Part shown: one piece after another, positions 14,293-27,287 of the stretch | Layout of the letters: every line of letters begins with the position of its first letter | How positions within the stretch are numbered: position 1 is the first letter of the stretch | Assembly (NCBI RefSeq): GCF_030028105.1 | Contig: NC_092374.1 | Span: forward strand, 90,362,491 to 90,426,490 | Direction: 5' to 3' | DNA from: Mobula birostris | Lineage: Eukaryota | DNA length: 64,000 bases | Position numbers and translations under genes: made by a program | Notes under the pieces: model-generated | Seen by the model: only the letters and a program-made list of their open reading frames with translations | Database searches by the model: none | Told to the model about the DNA's origin: nothing

Positions 14293-14819
14293 CCCTCATA
14301 GCAGTACACTGAGGTGGCACAAGGGAAAACTATAACTGAATGCAGAATAAGGTTCATACAGTTACAGAGAAAGCGCAGTGCAGGCAAGCAATAAGGTGTA
14401 AGGCCATAATGACGTACATTGTGAGGTCAAGCATTCACCTTATCGTATAAGGAGACAATTCAGCAGGGCAGAAGTTGTCCTTGAGCCTGGTGGTTTTGTA
14501 TCTTCAATCCAATGGGAACAGAAAGGAGAGAGAATGGCTATGATGACTGGGGATGTTGATTATGTATGAAACTAAGGGTTGAAATCAGAGAAAGATGTGT
14601 ACACTGGATGGTGTAGTAACAGGAACACAACCCTTTCCATTCAGACCTCCCCAAGCAAGCAAATCTCTTCAGCTTTTCAGTGCACGAACTTCTGTGAAAT
14701 GATTTCTGACAAGCTTGACTGATTTAAGGAGATAATTGTTACAATCAATAGCAGAACTTTTTGGAAAGTGTTAACCTGATGAAGCAGAGTTAGAATAGTT
14801 TCATGATGGGGAAATTATG

Positions 14820-15090
14820 TCTGTCAAATTTGTTAGGAGTTCTTTATTTTGCCAATCAACTTTCCAGCTCTTAGCTCCATCCCTCCCCCTCCTGTCTTCT
14901 CCTATCATTTCGGATCTCCCTCTCCCCCTCCCACTTTCAAATCTCTTACTATCTCTTCTTTCAGTTAGTCCTGACGAAGGGTCTCGGTCCGAAACATCGA
15001 CTGTACCTCTTCCTTTAGATGCTACCTGGCCTGCTGCGTTCACTAGCATTTTTTGTGCGTGTTGCTTGAATTTCCAGCATCTGCAGATTT
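14820..15090 (+). mobile_element. Penelope-like element terminal repeat (pLTR) fragment with a minimal hammerhead motif
   Basis: AGTC-CTGACGA-AGGGTCTCGGTCC-GAAA-CA-TC-GACT at 14967-15003; the same unit follows the GIY-YIG ORF at 36575. Confidence 0.7.
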
Positions 15091-15599
15091 ACTCGTGTTT
15101 GAGGAGTTCTTTATTTGTTTATTTATTTATTTATTGAGATTCTCCACAGAATTGGCCCTCCAAGCCGCCAGCAACCCCCAGTTTAATCCTAGCCTAATCA
15201 GCGGACAATTTACAATGACTAGTTAACCTACCAACTGGTATGTCTTTTGACTGTAGGAGGAAACTGGAGCACCTGAGGAAACCCACATAGTCACAGGCAG
15301 AACATATAAGCTCATTATAGGCAGCAATGGGAATTGAACCCAGGTTGTCTATAATGTAAAGCATTGTGCTAACCTCTAGGCTACTGTGCTGCCCCACAAT
15401 ATGTATGGGGAATACTTTTCCCATGAGTGGCGGACCAGTCAATCCGCAGAAAGACAGAACTTTGCACAGATCGGGGAGAAGAGTTTTAAAAAGGAACGTT
15501 TCGCAGTGTTGCCGAATTAGTGGCAGACCAATCAATTCATGGTTCATTAGCAGGAGCAAATAAAAGTAAAGCGGGGTCAAAGCGGAGTGGCCATCATGT

Positions 15600-17025
15600 G
15601 AGTCGACCAGTGTAGGAGTGGTAGCTGGTGGACCCCACTGTGGTTCCTGGTGACCACACCCGCAGCAGGTGTTGGCTGCTCGAGGAACACAAAGTTGATG
15701 ACCTGGAAAATGAGCTTCAAACATTGCGGCACACCAGGGAGGGGGAAGAGTTACCTGGATTCTCTATCTCAGGAGGTAGTCACACTCATTAGATTAGCTG
15801 TTTCAAATTCAGTCTGTGGTCAGGGTGTGACAGCAAGTGAGGTGGGTAGTGGGATCCAAGAAACAGTGCTGGAGGAGCCTCAGCCCTTGAGCCTGTCCAA
15901 CAGGTCTGAGATTCTTGCTCCCTGTGTGGACGAAAGTGGGGCTGTAGGAAGGATGAGCAACCTAACTGTGGCACCATAGTTCAGGGAGCCATTCAAAAGG
16001 GGGGAACGAAGGGAAGTGTAATGGTAATTGGGGATAGTACAGTCAGGGGAATAGACTGAGTTCCCTGTCGTGAGGATAGAGCATCCCAAAGGCTATGTTG
16101 CCTGCCTGGTGCCCAGGTTTGCGACATCTTATCTGACCTGCAGAGGAATTTGTAGTGGGAGGGGAAAGATCCAGTTGTCGTGGTCCATGTGGGTGGAATG
16201 AGGAAAGAGATTCTGCTGAGGGATTTTGAGCAGCTAGGGACTAAATTAAAAAGCAGAACCGAAAAGGTGGTAATCTCTGGATTACTACCCGAGTCATGTG
16301 CAAATTGACATAGGGTCAAGAAGATTAGAGAGGTAAATATGTGGCTCAAGGATTGGTGTGGGAGAAGTGGGTTTGTATTCATGGGAAATTGACACCAGTA
16401 TTATGGAAGGAGGAAGCTATTCCAATGGGATGGGCTCCACCTGAAACGTAATGGGACCTGGATCCTGGCGAATGGCATAACTAGGGGTTTGGATAGAGCT
16501 TTAAACTAACTAATAGGGAGGTGGGTTCAACACGTTGGAGAAGTATGGATAAAGAAAAAGAGAAAAGTGTGGATAAAGATAAAGCAAGAGGAAAAGATAA
16601 AAAGGAGAAAAGTAAGAGTGGAGTGAAGAAAAGTCAAGTGCAAAAAAGAAAAAATTACACGATTCTAAAGGCACAATGAATGTAAGGGCACTTTATCTGA
16701 ATGCCCGTTGTATTCCAAATAACTTGTGGCACAAATCAGTACAAAGGGCTATGATTTAGTGGCCAAAACAGAAACATGATTGCAGGGTGGACAGGATTGG
16801 GAATTAAATATCCAAGGTTATCAGGTTAATTAGAAGGATAGGCAGGAAGGTAAGGGAGGTGGTGTGAGGTCAGGATGATAGTGAGAGACGATATAAGATC
16901 TAAGGAGCAGAATGTTGAATCCATCTGGGTGGAGACTAGAGTAGCAAAGGGGAAAAAAATCACTGGTGGGAATTGTCTATCAGCCACCGAAGAATAACAT
17001 TACAGTGGCACAGGCAATAAGCACC
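15600..17025 (+). mobile_element. CR1 LINE 5' part (ORF1 SGNH-esterase and start of APE endonuclease), degenerate
   Basis: VIGDSTVRG, LCCLPGAQV, VVVHVG, SRTEKVVISGLLP motifs, followed by ALYLNAR and KGGGV. Confidence 0.8.
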
Positions 17026-17029
17026 TGTA

Positions 17030-17590
17030 CAACGGCTAGTTGTCGCAAGTGCTTAATCAGCCAATCATGTGGTAAAAACTCAATGCATAAAAACATGTGG
17101 ACGTGATCAAGAGGTTCCGTTGTTGTTCAGGCCAAACACATGAATAGAGAAGAAATGTGAGCTAAGCTCCTTTGATCGTGGAATGATTGTTGGTGCCAGA
17201 TAGGGTGGTTTGAGTATCTCAGAAACTGCTGATCTCCTGGGATTTTCACATACAACAGCCTCCTAAGTTTACAGAGAATGGTGCGGAAAACAAACAAACG
17301 AAACATAATATCCAGTGAGCAGCAGTTCTGTGGATAAAAGTGCCTTGTTAATGTGAGACATCAAAGGAGAATGGGCAGAAAGATTCCAGATGACAAGAAG
17401 GCTACGGTAACGCAAATAACCACGGGTTACAACAGTGGTCTGCAGAAGAGCGTCTCTGAACGCACAGGACGTCGAACCCTGGGCTACAGTGGTAGAAACT
17501 GTTTCAGATACTGTTTCCTTTAACTGTATACACTTGAACTTGAACTAGAAGACCAGACTGGGTTCCACTCCTGTACCTAATAAAGTCGCC
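17030..17590 (+). mobile_element. Tc1/mariner-derived non-autonomous element; family copies at 21300-23070, 28455-29000, 30345-30820, 45385-45955
   Basis: Transposase N-terminal remnant (DRGMIVGAR..GLSISETADLLGFSHTT); TIR-like CACTCAGTGGCCACTTTATTAGGTAC in family copies. Confidence 0.8.
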
Positions 17591-17823
17591 AATCAGGATA
17601 GAGCAGAACAGCGCAGGCACAGGCCATTTAGCATACTATGTGGTTCTGAACTAATAAAACTATTGAAGGCAGACTTAAGTAACCTGGCTACACAAGTATA
17701 TCTCTCCATTCTCTTTACATCCATCAGAGGGGGCGGTTATTTAACACTGGTGTGGAAGTTGGGGCTTCTCTGGAATTCTTGATCCTTGAGCCGAGATCAC
17801 TTCAGATGGGAAGGAGATGGACC

Positions 17824-17840
17824 TTACAGTACTGAGGCTC
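17824..17840 (-). CDS. PILR-like receptor, terminal cytoplasmic exon (G)ASVL*
   Basis: Acceptor CTTCCCTTCCCTGCCGGTTGCCAG|GA GCC TCA GTA CTG TAA; phase 1 matches the donor of the TM exon ~315 nt upstream. Confidence 0.6.
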
Positions 17841-18156
17841 CTGGCAACCGGCAGGGAAGGGAAGATGAGTGCTGGGGTACATCAGCCAAACTGACTTTAA
17901 TAATGGGGCAGATATGCTGGGCCAAGTGGCCTCGTCCTGCTCCTACTTTTTGATGGAGGTGTAGTGAGGGGAAGGGAATGATAGGCTCGGTATGCCAAGA
18001 ATCACAGAGGTGTGAACATCGGGTTAAGGAGCCACCATTCAGAGACTCACATGGTGCTGGATACTGCGGCCCTCAACAGTATGCCAAGTCTAACGGGAGG
18101 CCGATGTGAGTCATTCGGTCCGGCAGTGACCTGCGTCGTCAGAAAACGCAAGTTAC

Positions 18157-18312
18157 CTGCAACTGGGCTCCTCTTGATCAGGTAAGTGCCCACGGTCCAC
18201 ACCACTGCCTGCAGTCCGAAAACCAGCGCCGACCGGATCATCAGGATGGAGCCGTGGCTCAGCTTCCGCATCCTCGGAGTTACTGCGGTCACTCTGGGGG
18301 TCAACGAGCCTC
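18157..18312 (-). CDS. PILR-like receptor, stalk + transmembrane exon (GSLTPRVTAVTPRMRKLSHGSILMIRSALVFGLQAVVWTVGTYLIKRSPVA)
   Basis: Acceptor TTCCATCTCACAG|GA, donor GCAG|GTAACT, 156 nt, phase 1-1; hydrophobic helix with an Arg near its N-terminus followed by KR. Confidence 0.8.
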
Positions 18313-19465
18313 CTGTGAGATGGAATTCAGCGCAGTGACTTCGGGACAGGAGAAGAGGGCAGAGAAACCAACACCATGTGAGGAGCTGGGGTAGTGGAAG
18401 ATACATCAGGGGCCTTTTACAAAACTAGAAGTTAGGGACCTCGTCGATGGAAAATGGAGGACTACGTAGGAGGGATGGGTGTAAACTGATTTTAGAGTAA
18501 GATAAAAGGTTGGCACAACATCATGAGCCGAGGAGCCTGTATTGTGCTGCAGTGTTCCCTGCAGAACAAGGCAAAGATCAATGGAGTTGTTGACAGTGTG
18601 GAGGGCAATCATTTCTATGCTCAATCCCAATGTGTTGGTAAAATGAGGCTGGGAAATCACCTAAGAAGTTTAATCCGGATAAGTGTGAGCTGAAAGACAC
18701 TGGGTGCATTAATAAGGCCAGGACCATGCAGTGCTGAGGAAGAGTGGGACAGGGGTGTTTTCACTGGAGAGGGTGCAGAGAACCTTCACGGGATGTTATC
18801 TGGGACAATGTGCTTCAGTGATGGGTCTTCATTCCCTGGAATGGAAGTGGTTTGAAAGGAACAAGATTGAGGTGCACATATCCATGAGAGTACAGACAGA
18901 GTAGATAAAAGGAAATATTTCTCATTTCACATTCACAATATTTAACAACTTCATATATAAAATGTCAAGGTGAGGAGTAAGGGATTTGGAGGGTGTCTGA
19001 GAGGGAACTTTCTCACCCAGAGAGCGGTAAGTACCTGGAACTCACGGCCAGAGAGTGGGGCGGAAGCAGAGTGACAGATATATTTTAGGAAGGGTCTAGA
19101 CGAGTACATGAACTATCCATGGATAGGAGGTGAGGGGGCCAAGTGCCGGGAGATGAGATTAGTGCGGACAGGAGAAAATCTTCAGATACTGGAAATACAA
19201 GGAGCACACGCTAAATGCTCAAGGAACTCAGCAGACCAGGCAGCATCTCTGGGGGAAAAAAGTACCGTCCATGTTTCGGGCCGAAAGCCTTCGGTAGGAC
19301 GGATGTGAGTTAATTAATACGGATGTAAGTCAGCCGAGATAGGCCAAGTGGACTGTTGCCCTGCAGAGTGAAAATGTGAAGACATGAAGCTGGATTGAAG
19401 CATGGGAATTAATTGAAAGAACCTGCAGACAAGAGCAGAGGTCAGGGTAAGGATTCAGGACCCAT

Positions 19466-19837
19466 TTCTCACTGACAGAAACGTCCCTGAGATGCTTTGC
19501 CATTCTATCAGCTGATGATGATTTTCCAAAATTGTCACACGGCAGAAATAGAAATTGGAGTCATTTCCTTTCAGCCGATGTAAGCGGATAGAGCCCGTCT
19601 TGTCTCGAAGACGGTTGCCCAGCAACTCGATCCGGCCTCGGTATTCACCAATTGTCTTGTTTAGCAAAAACGTGAATATATCTGTCCTGAAATGATCAAC
19701 TTTCCATGAGATATGAATGTCTCCGGGTGTGTAGATATCTGGGTAAGTGAGGGAGCAGAGAAGAGTAGTAGTCCCCTTCTCTATAGCCTCTATGTATGCC
19801 GGATTCTCCAACCAGAACCCACGTCCATCAGTCTGCG
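19466..19837 (-). CDS. IgV exon V1, PILR/Siglec-like; splice donor mutated (AT), reads through to a stop at 19455-19457
   Basis: Acceptor CTCTCTCTCAG|CG; TLLCSLTYP, ISWKVDHF, YRGRIE, GSIRLHRL, D-x-x-x-YFCRV, WQSISGTFLSV; expected donor position reads A|ATGGGT. Confidence 0.8.
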
Positions 19838-21381
19838 CTGAGAGAGAGGAAGTGAGCAAACTGTCATTTTGGCAACCTCCAACGACATTGCACCAGGCAG
19901 CCAATCAACCCATAATACTCTTAGCATCAGACAAGCCCCTGCCCTCAGACTGTGGACAGAAAACCAGCCCATAACTTAACGCAACGCTATTACAGCTCGG
20001 GGCATCAGAGTTCGGGTTCAGTTCCGGTGTCCACTCTAGGAAAATGTGTACGTCCTTCCTGTCTGCACGTGTGTTTTCTCTGGGTGCTCCGGTTTCCTCC
20101 CACAGTGCAAGGTCGTACCGGTTAGCGGGTTAATTGGTCATTGTAAGTTGTCCTGTGTTTAGGTTAGGGTTAAATCAGTGGATTCCTGGGTGGTGCGGCT
20201 CGTATAGCCGGGAGGGCCTGTTCCGTGCTGTATCGCTAAATAAATATAAATAAATAAATATATTCTCTCATCATCAGACAATCCTCCGTTGTTTGGCTGA
20301 TGTATCAAATTTCCCTTCCCCAGTACCAGGTTCCAACTCCGAATGACCTGCAGCTTCCACGTTCACAGACTGTGGACATTAGAATCAGAATCAATTTTAA
20401 TATCACTGGCATATGTCGTAAAATTTGTTTTATGTGGCGGCAGTACATCATAGTACATAATAAAACCTGCCAAGTATCAGTGTGGAGTCCTCTTGAACTG
20501 GCACCCTGTCCCTGGATAAATGGACGCTGTAGCTGGCAAGGGTTAAGGTGATGTGCTGACAGAGGAAAGCTTGTTTACTGTTACCTGCCATTGAACAGTT
20601 ACTTTAATTAATTCTCAAATATTATTAGTCTTTAACACGTTGATTGAATTGGATTTAACAGCTGGTCTATATGGTGATTGGTACTTGTACACTCAATGCC
20701 TCTTTATCAAGTACAACCGTATACCTGCTCATTAATGAAAATATCTAATCAGCCATTTCTTAACCTTGGTTTCCTAAGGTTGTCATAGCCAGGGGTAGTA
20801 ATGGAGGTAACCTCCCACCACCTATTATATGCTCCCAATGGCATGCGCCGCAAATAGACTCTGAGAACCAAGTCCAACTCCTGGCCTTCACCGGTGGCTT
20901 AGCTACTAAGCCTGGTGGAACTGTTTCTACTGACAGGAGAAAGGGCGAAGGGGGTGGGGTCACTAGCACCTTAAAACCAGTCACTTTGGGCAGATGAGGC
21001 TTGTTAGCCGTGGTTGGCAGCTCATCTAGGAGAAGGAAAACTGATCTCCAACCTCCACTGCCTTGCGGCTATACCCACTCATGGGGAAGGCTTCAGGAGT
21101 AAACTCCAAGGAAAATCCAGAGCTGGAATCCCTAAAATTGACAGACAACTCCTACGACGCCACTGGTGCCAAATGGTATCGGTCTTGGTTTTTCCTTGGG
21201 ATTCATCAGATGAGTGGAGAGCGGGAGCCTGCTACATGAGCTGCTGCCTTGGCTTGCGTATCACATAGGCAGCTAGGACACAATATCCTTGGTCAATCTA
21301 GCCAACAAAAGGCTGCAATCAGCCAATCATATGACACTAACTCAATGCATAAAAGCATGCAGACGTGGTCAAGAGGTTCAG

Positions 21382-22563
21382 TGTCATGGTCCGGTCAGTG
21401 AAGACCGTATTCCAGTTCACAGTCTGGTCCATCGATCCGTATTCCAGGTTTTCTGGTTTTCCCTTGTCCTGTTGTGTGCCTTAATTGAGGCGCATGATTC
21501 TGATTTTGGGCTGGCTACATAAATAGCTCCTGGGTTCAGCTTCATTTGCTGGACTGTTCCCTTCCCTTCACCTTCCTCTTGAAGCCTTCCCTGCAACCTC
21601 ACCTGCGTCCTTGCCTGTATTGCTGTCAGGTTCTACTGCCAGAGCAAGACCGGAGCCTTGCTGCATCTAGATAAGGAACTGTCCATTGTTGTTTTGAACT
21701 TTCTCTGTGTCCGTGCCTTCGCTAGGTAGGTCTGGCCATTTGCTGCTACCCAGTGTTGAGAACCATCTCGTCGTGTTCAGCATTCTGTGTAGAGCCCCGG
21801 CCCCATGTCCTGTCCCTAAGGAGGGGTCCAGGCTCTGTGTTCCATGTCCCTGTGTTCCTGTCTCTCAAGTCCAAGGCTCTGTGTTCTGCATTCCTGTCTC
21901 CCAAGGCCAGGGCTCTGTGTTCTGCATTCCTGTCTCCCAAGACCAAGGCTCTGTGTTCTGCATTCCTGTCTCCCAAGACCAAGTCAAGGCTTTGGGGTCT
22001 CATCCTGTCTTTGTGCTTCACCCAGCCTAGCAGTACCCCGTCCAATCCAAGCCATGTCCAAGAAACTCGTCCAGTCCAAGAACCTCGTTCTGTCCAAGCC
22101 ACGTCCAAGAACCTCGTTCTGTCCAAGTCAAGGCTTTGTGTTCTCGTCCATGTACCTCATCCTGTGCAGGAGTTCCACATCCTGTTCTGTAGCTACGTCC
22201 TGTCTTTGCCAAGATCCTAGGCCCAAGTCCTAGCCTAGACCCGGGTTCCGGTTCCGAGTCAGGACCCAGGTTGCTAGTCCCAACCAAGACCTAGGTTGCG
22301 GGTCCTTGTCCAGGCTCTAGTTCCAGAGTTCTGTGTTCCTAGTCCAGGCACCTTGTTCCTAGTTCCTTGTCTGGGTTCTGTGTTTCTTGTCCATGTTCTA
22401 GACCAAGCCCTGCATCCTGGTCTCATCCAGAGTCTGTGTCAATGTCCAGCATCCTTTCTTCCCCACTTCCCTTGCTTGCTTAACTCTAGTCCTAGTCCTG
22501 TTCCTTGTACTTCAGTGTCTGTGTCTTGCATTTGGGTCCACTCCCAATGCCCCGCTTATGACA
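21382..22563. mobile_element. Solo LTR (1.18 kb, internal tandem repeats) inserted into a Tc1-derived element
   Basis: TGTCAT...ATGACA termini; 5-bp TSD TTCAG (21377-21381, 22564-22568); Tc1 sequence continues across it; ~27-bp tandem repeats at 21830-21990. Confidence 0.85.
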
Positions 22564-23208
22564 TTCAGTTGATGTTCAGACCAAACATCAGAATGGTGAT
22601 GAAATGTGATATAAGTGACTTTGACTGTGGAATGATTGTTGGTGCCAGGTGGATCTGTTTGAGTAACTCAGAAATGACTGAGCTGGAACTTTCACACACA
22701 ACAGTGTCTATAGAGTTTACAGAGAATTGTACGAAAGTATCTTAGAAACTGCTGATCACCTGGGCTTTTCACAGTTTACAGAGTTTACAGAGAATGGTGT
22801 AAAAAAATGCGAAAACAAAATGCAGTGTGTGACAGTTATGTGTGTAAAATTGCCTTATTGATGAGAGAGGTCTGGGGATGGTCAAACAGGTTCAAGCTGA
22901 CAGGAAGGCGACAGTAACTCAAGTAATCATGCGCTATAGCAGTGGTGAGCAGAATTGCCTTTTGGAGAGCACAACACGTCAAACCCTGAAGTGGATGGAC
23001 TGCAGCAGCAGAAGACCATGAACATACACTCAGTGGCCACTTTATTAGGTACAGGAGGTACCTAAGAGACCACTGAATGTATATTCAAATGATGGAATTA
23101 GAAATTGCACAAGGATCAGGACAAAGATGAAGTTGCATACAGATTACTGGACAAAATTTGACAATTCTAAGCTTTGGAACAAGTCAGTGACAGGGCTGAC
23201 CCATTCTC

Positions 23209-23269
23209 CTTGTGCATGAGTGTGACTGCAAGTTGTCAGAATCCAGGTAATCAGCGAGAACAGATGTAT
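23209..23269 (-). pseudogene. Degenerate leader exon of the V1 cassette (ATA for ATG, GA for GT donor)
   Basis: (I)HLFSLITWILTTCSHTHAQ G|GAGAAT; adjacent 23280-23400 is homologous to the promoter-side sequence at 28280-28400 and 30160-30290. Confidence 0.45.
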
Positions 23270-24339
23270 TCCCCTTCCCTCGGAGACACAGACTCTGCCC
23301 CACACCCAGTCTATTTCTGTGTTGTTGCTTCTGCTGTTCTCATCTCCCTGTCTCCTCATCCGTACCTGGTTTCGACACCCTCCCATCATTTCTCCACCCC
23401 TGCCCAAGGTCCCACCTACTGCCTACTTCCTACTGGAAACCGCACCAACAGTCCAGGAGGGGACCATCGGTGCTGGAATCTGGAGCAGCAGACAAACTGC
23501 TGGAGAAACTTAATGGGTCGAGCAGCATCTGTGGAGGGAAATGGTTGGTCATAGTTTTGAGTCAAAGTACAATGTTCCTCCCTTTGTTCCCATTTTCCCT
23601 CCCTACTCCCCTCACTTGGTTCCAAGATCCACCTTCTTCTCAACAAAAGTTCAAAGTTCATAGTAAATTTATTATCAAACTACATTTATGTCACCATGAA
23701 CCCTGAGATTCATTTTCTTGGGGGCATACTCAATAGATCCATAATAGAATAATAACCATAACAGAATCAATGGAAGATGCACCAATTTGGGTGTTTAACT
23801 AGTGTGCACAGACAACAAACTGTATACAAAGGCAAAGAAATTATATTAATAAGTAAGCAGTAAATATTGAGAACATGAGATGATGTGTCCTTAAAAGTGA
23901 GTCCATAAGTTGTGGGAACATTTCAATGATGTTCTCTCCACTACATATCCATAGAGGTTTGTCAAAGTTTCAGATGTCAAGCTGAACCTGCAGCCCATTG
24001 TCACCTCCAACTACCTCCTGTCAGCTTCTCTTTCTGTTCCCACTACCCCGCTCCTCCATCTTCCTGTCACCGCTCCTGCCCTGATCCACCGATCGCTTAC
24101 CAGCTCCTGCTCTATACCTTCCCCACCCCACCCCATTCTTTATCCTGGCCCTCTACCCTCTGTTTTTCAGTCTGGATAAAGAGTCTCATCTCAAAACAGT
24201 GACCGTCTATTCCTCTTTACAGATGCAGCCTGACCGATTGACTTAGAATACAGACCATACAACATTGCAGCATGACACAGGCCCTTTGGCCCACGATGAC
24301 ATGCTGACCTTTCAACCTACTGTTGCAGATAAGGGCAGA

Positions 24340-25260
24340 GAAATGTCACATCAGGTTTAACCCAAATAAATGTGAGGTGGTGCACCTTGGTGGGGCAAAT
24401 GCAAGGAGACAGTACACTGTTAAGGGCAAGATCCTTAACAGTGTTGCTGAGCAGAGGGATCTTGGGATAGCTCCTTGAAAGTGGCTACACAGGTCAATAG
24501 GATGGTTAGGAAGGCTTATGGAATGCTTGCTTTTATTATTCAAGACACCGAGTCCAAAAGTCAAGAGGTTATATTGCAACTTTATAAAAAATTCTGGCTA
24601 GGCCACATCTGCGTTATTGCATATAGTTCTGATCACCCCACTATAGGAAGGATGTTGAGTCTTTGGAGAGGGTCTAGAAGAGGTGTGTTGTGCTGTAATG
24701 CTGCCTGGTTTAGAGGGTATGTGCTATCATGAGATTCAAACAGGAGGACATGAGTTGAGAGTTAAAGGGCAAAAGTTTAGGGGTAACATGAGAGGGAACT
24801 TCTTTACTCAGAGGGTGGTAGCTGTGTGGAACGAGCTTCCAGCAGAAGTGGTTGAGGCAGGTTCGATGTTGTCGTTTAAAGTTAAATTGGATAGATATAC
24901 GGACAGGAAAGGAATGGAGGGTTATGGGCTGAGTGCAGGTCGGTGGGACTAGGTGAGAGTAAGCATTCGGCATGGACTAGAAGGGCTGAGATGTCCTGTT
25001 TCCATGCTGTAATTGTTATATGGTTATATGAGAGGCTGGATAAACTTGGGTTGTTTCCTCTGGTGGCGAAGGCTGCCGGAGGGCATGCATTGAATGTGAG
25101 AAGGGGGTAAGTTCAGAGGAGGGGGTGTGAGGGGTAAGTTTTTTACTCAGAGAGTGGTGGATGCCTGGAATGCACAGCCTGTTATGGTGGTAGAGGCAAA
25201 TATATTAGAGGCTTTTAAGAGACATTTGGATAAGCACATGGATGTGAGGAAGATATGGAC
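24340..25260 (+). mobile_element. CR1 LINE 3' fragments (nested)
   Basis: KVATQVNRMVRKAYGMLAFI; GHELRVKGQKFRGNMRGNFFTQRVVAVWNELP; RGKFFTQRVVDAWNA. Confidence 0.8.
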
Positions 25261-25790
25261 ATTGTGTAAGTCGGACAGATTAGAGTTTGGGTGTTTTTCA
25301 ATTCCTTTTTAGTTGGTTTGACACAATGTTGTAGTCTGAATGCCCTGTTCATGTGCTATACTGTTCTATCTTACTCTAAGATCAATCTAACTCTTCCCTC
25401 CTATATAGCCCTGCATTTTTTTCTATCATCCATGTGCCTATCTAAGAGTCTCTTGAATGTCTGTAGCGTATCAGCCTCTGCCACCACCCCTGGCTGGGTG
25501 TTCCACGCAGCCACCACTCGCTGGGTCTGCCTCTGACATCCCCCTCCCCCCCATAAATTCCTCCATTCACTTTAAAATTGATACCTCCTCGTATCAGCCG
25601 TTTCCACCCTAGGGGAAAGTCTCTGGCTGTCCATTTGATATGTGCATCTTATACACCTCTACCAAGTTACTCTCATCCTCTTTTGCTCCAAAGAGTAAAG
25701 CCCTCTTCTAGTGTTTTGTATGTTGCTACAGGTAAACATGCACCCTCACTGACTACAGTAAAAACCACCACCCATATGAAAGTCATATGG

Positions 25791-25830
<40 letters not shown>
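25791..25830. repeat. (GA)n microsatellite
   Basis: About 20 GA units seen directly. Confidence 0.95.
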
Positions 25831-25831
<1 letters not shown>

Positions 25832-27287
25832 GTGACCTCGTTACTTCTGGTCAGGTTACCACAGACCATGGGGTGGGACAGACTAGCCCAGAGGTCCAAT
25901 AATTACACAGGGTCCCAGAGATACTGAACGTCTTTCTGAAGCCATGTCCTCTTAAAGGCAGCACTGCCCACAGAGCAGGACACTGCCCCAATCAGAATAA
26001 TGACTGTAAACAGCTCTAGAAGGTGGCATCCATGATTAAGTACACTCATGATCCAGGACATTCTCTCTTCTCGTTGCTACCATCAGGGACGAGGTACAGC
26101 AGTCTGAAGACCCATACTCAATGATTTAGAACATAGAAATCTACAGCACATTACAGGCCCTTCGGCCCACAACGTTGTGCCAGCCATGTAACCTACTCTA
26201 GAAAACTGCCTAGAATTTCCCCACCACATAGCCCACTATTTTCCTAAGCTTCATGTACCTATCTAAGAGTGTCTTAAAAGACTCTATTGTATCCACCTCT
26301 ACCGCTGTCACTGACACTCACCTCTCCGTGTGTGAAAAACTTATCTCAGACAGTCCCTCTGTGCTTACTTCCAAGCACCTACAAAATATGTCCCCTTGTG
26401 TTAGCCATTACAACCATAGGAAAAAGCCTCTGGCTATCCACACAGTTGATGCCTCTCATCATCTTAGAATCAGCTTCTTTCCCTCTGCCATCAGATTTCT
26501 GAATGGTCTGCAGTCCCATGAACCTTGTTATTTGTCCTCTGTTATTTTTAGTAATTATATCACTTTATTTTTAGTAATTGTCTCACTTTTTCTGCTTGGT
26601 AGGTTTTTTGTTATCACAATTTTTCAATCTTTAAGATAATGTCTTTTTACAGACGTTGTAAGTGTTGTTACTTCAATGTACTCATGTTATTTCTTTTGTA
26701 TAATATAACAATAAAAAGATTTGAAAAGAAAGTAATTATATCTTTACACTGTAGCGCTGTCACAAAACAACATGATTTTGTTTCTGGCAAATAAAAAAAA
26801 GAGCAAAATATTGCAAAGGTCTCGGACTCTGATTCAGGGCCACAGCACTCCCCAATGATGCCTAGAGATGAGAGCTCTCTGAAACTTTAAAGAAAATATT
26901 GCAGACATTTTACATTTTTAATTAGAGATACAGCATGGTAGCAGACCCTTTCAGCCCAACGCCAGCATGATCAATCAATCTACAAACCTGTAGGTCTTTG
27001 GACTGTGGGAGGAAACCGGAACACCTGGAGGAAACGCACATGAGCACAGGGAGAACCTACAACCTCCTGACAGGCAGCAGCGGGAATTGAACCTGAGTCG
27101 CTGGCACTGCAATAGCATTACGCTAACCATGCTGCCGCGTTGAAACATTCGGAAATGAAAACTATGAACTGGTCGAAATATTCAGCTGGTCAGACAGCCT
27201 CTGGGGAGGTGTTTGTACGACGGTTGTTTTCAGGCTCATCACAATTATTATCCAACCAAGAACAGAAACTTTGAAGCACCAGCTCAC

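Noticed and set aside
21707-22300. Several overlapping Cys/Pro/Leu-rich ORFs with repeated motifs
   Set aside because: They arise from ~27-bp tandem repeats inside a solo LTR with clear termini and TSD; no splice or domain support.
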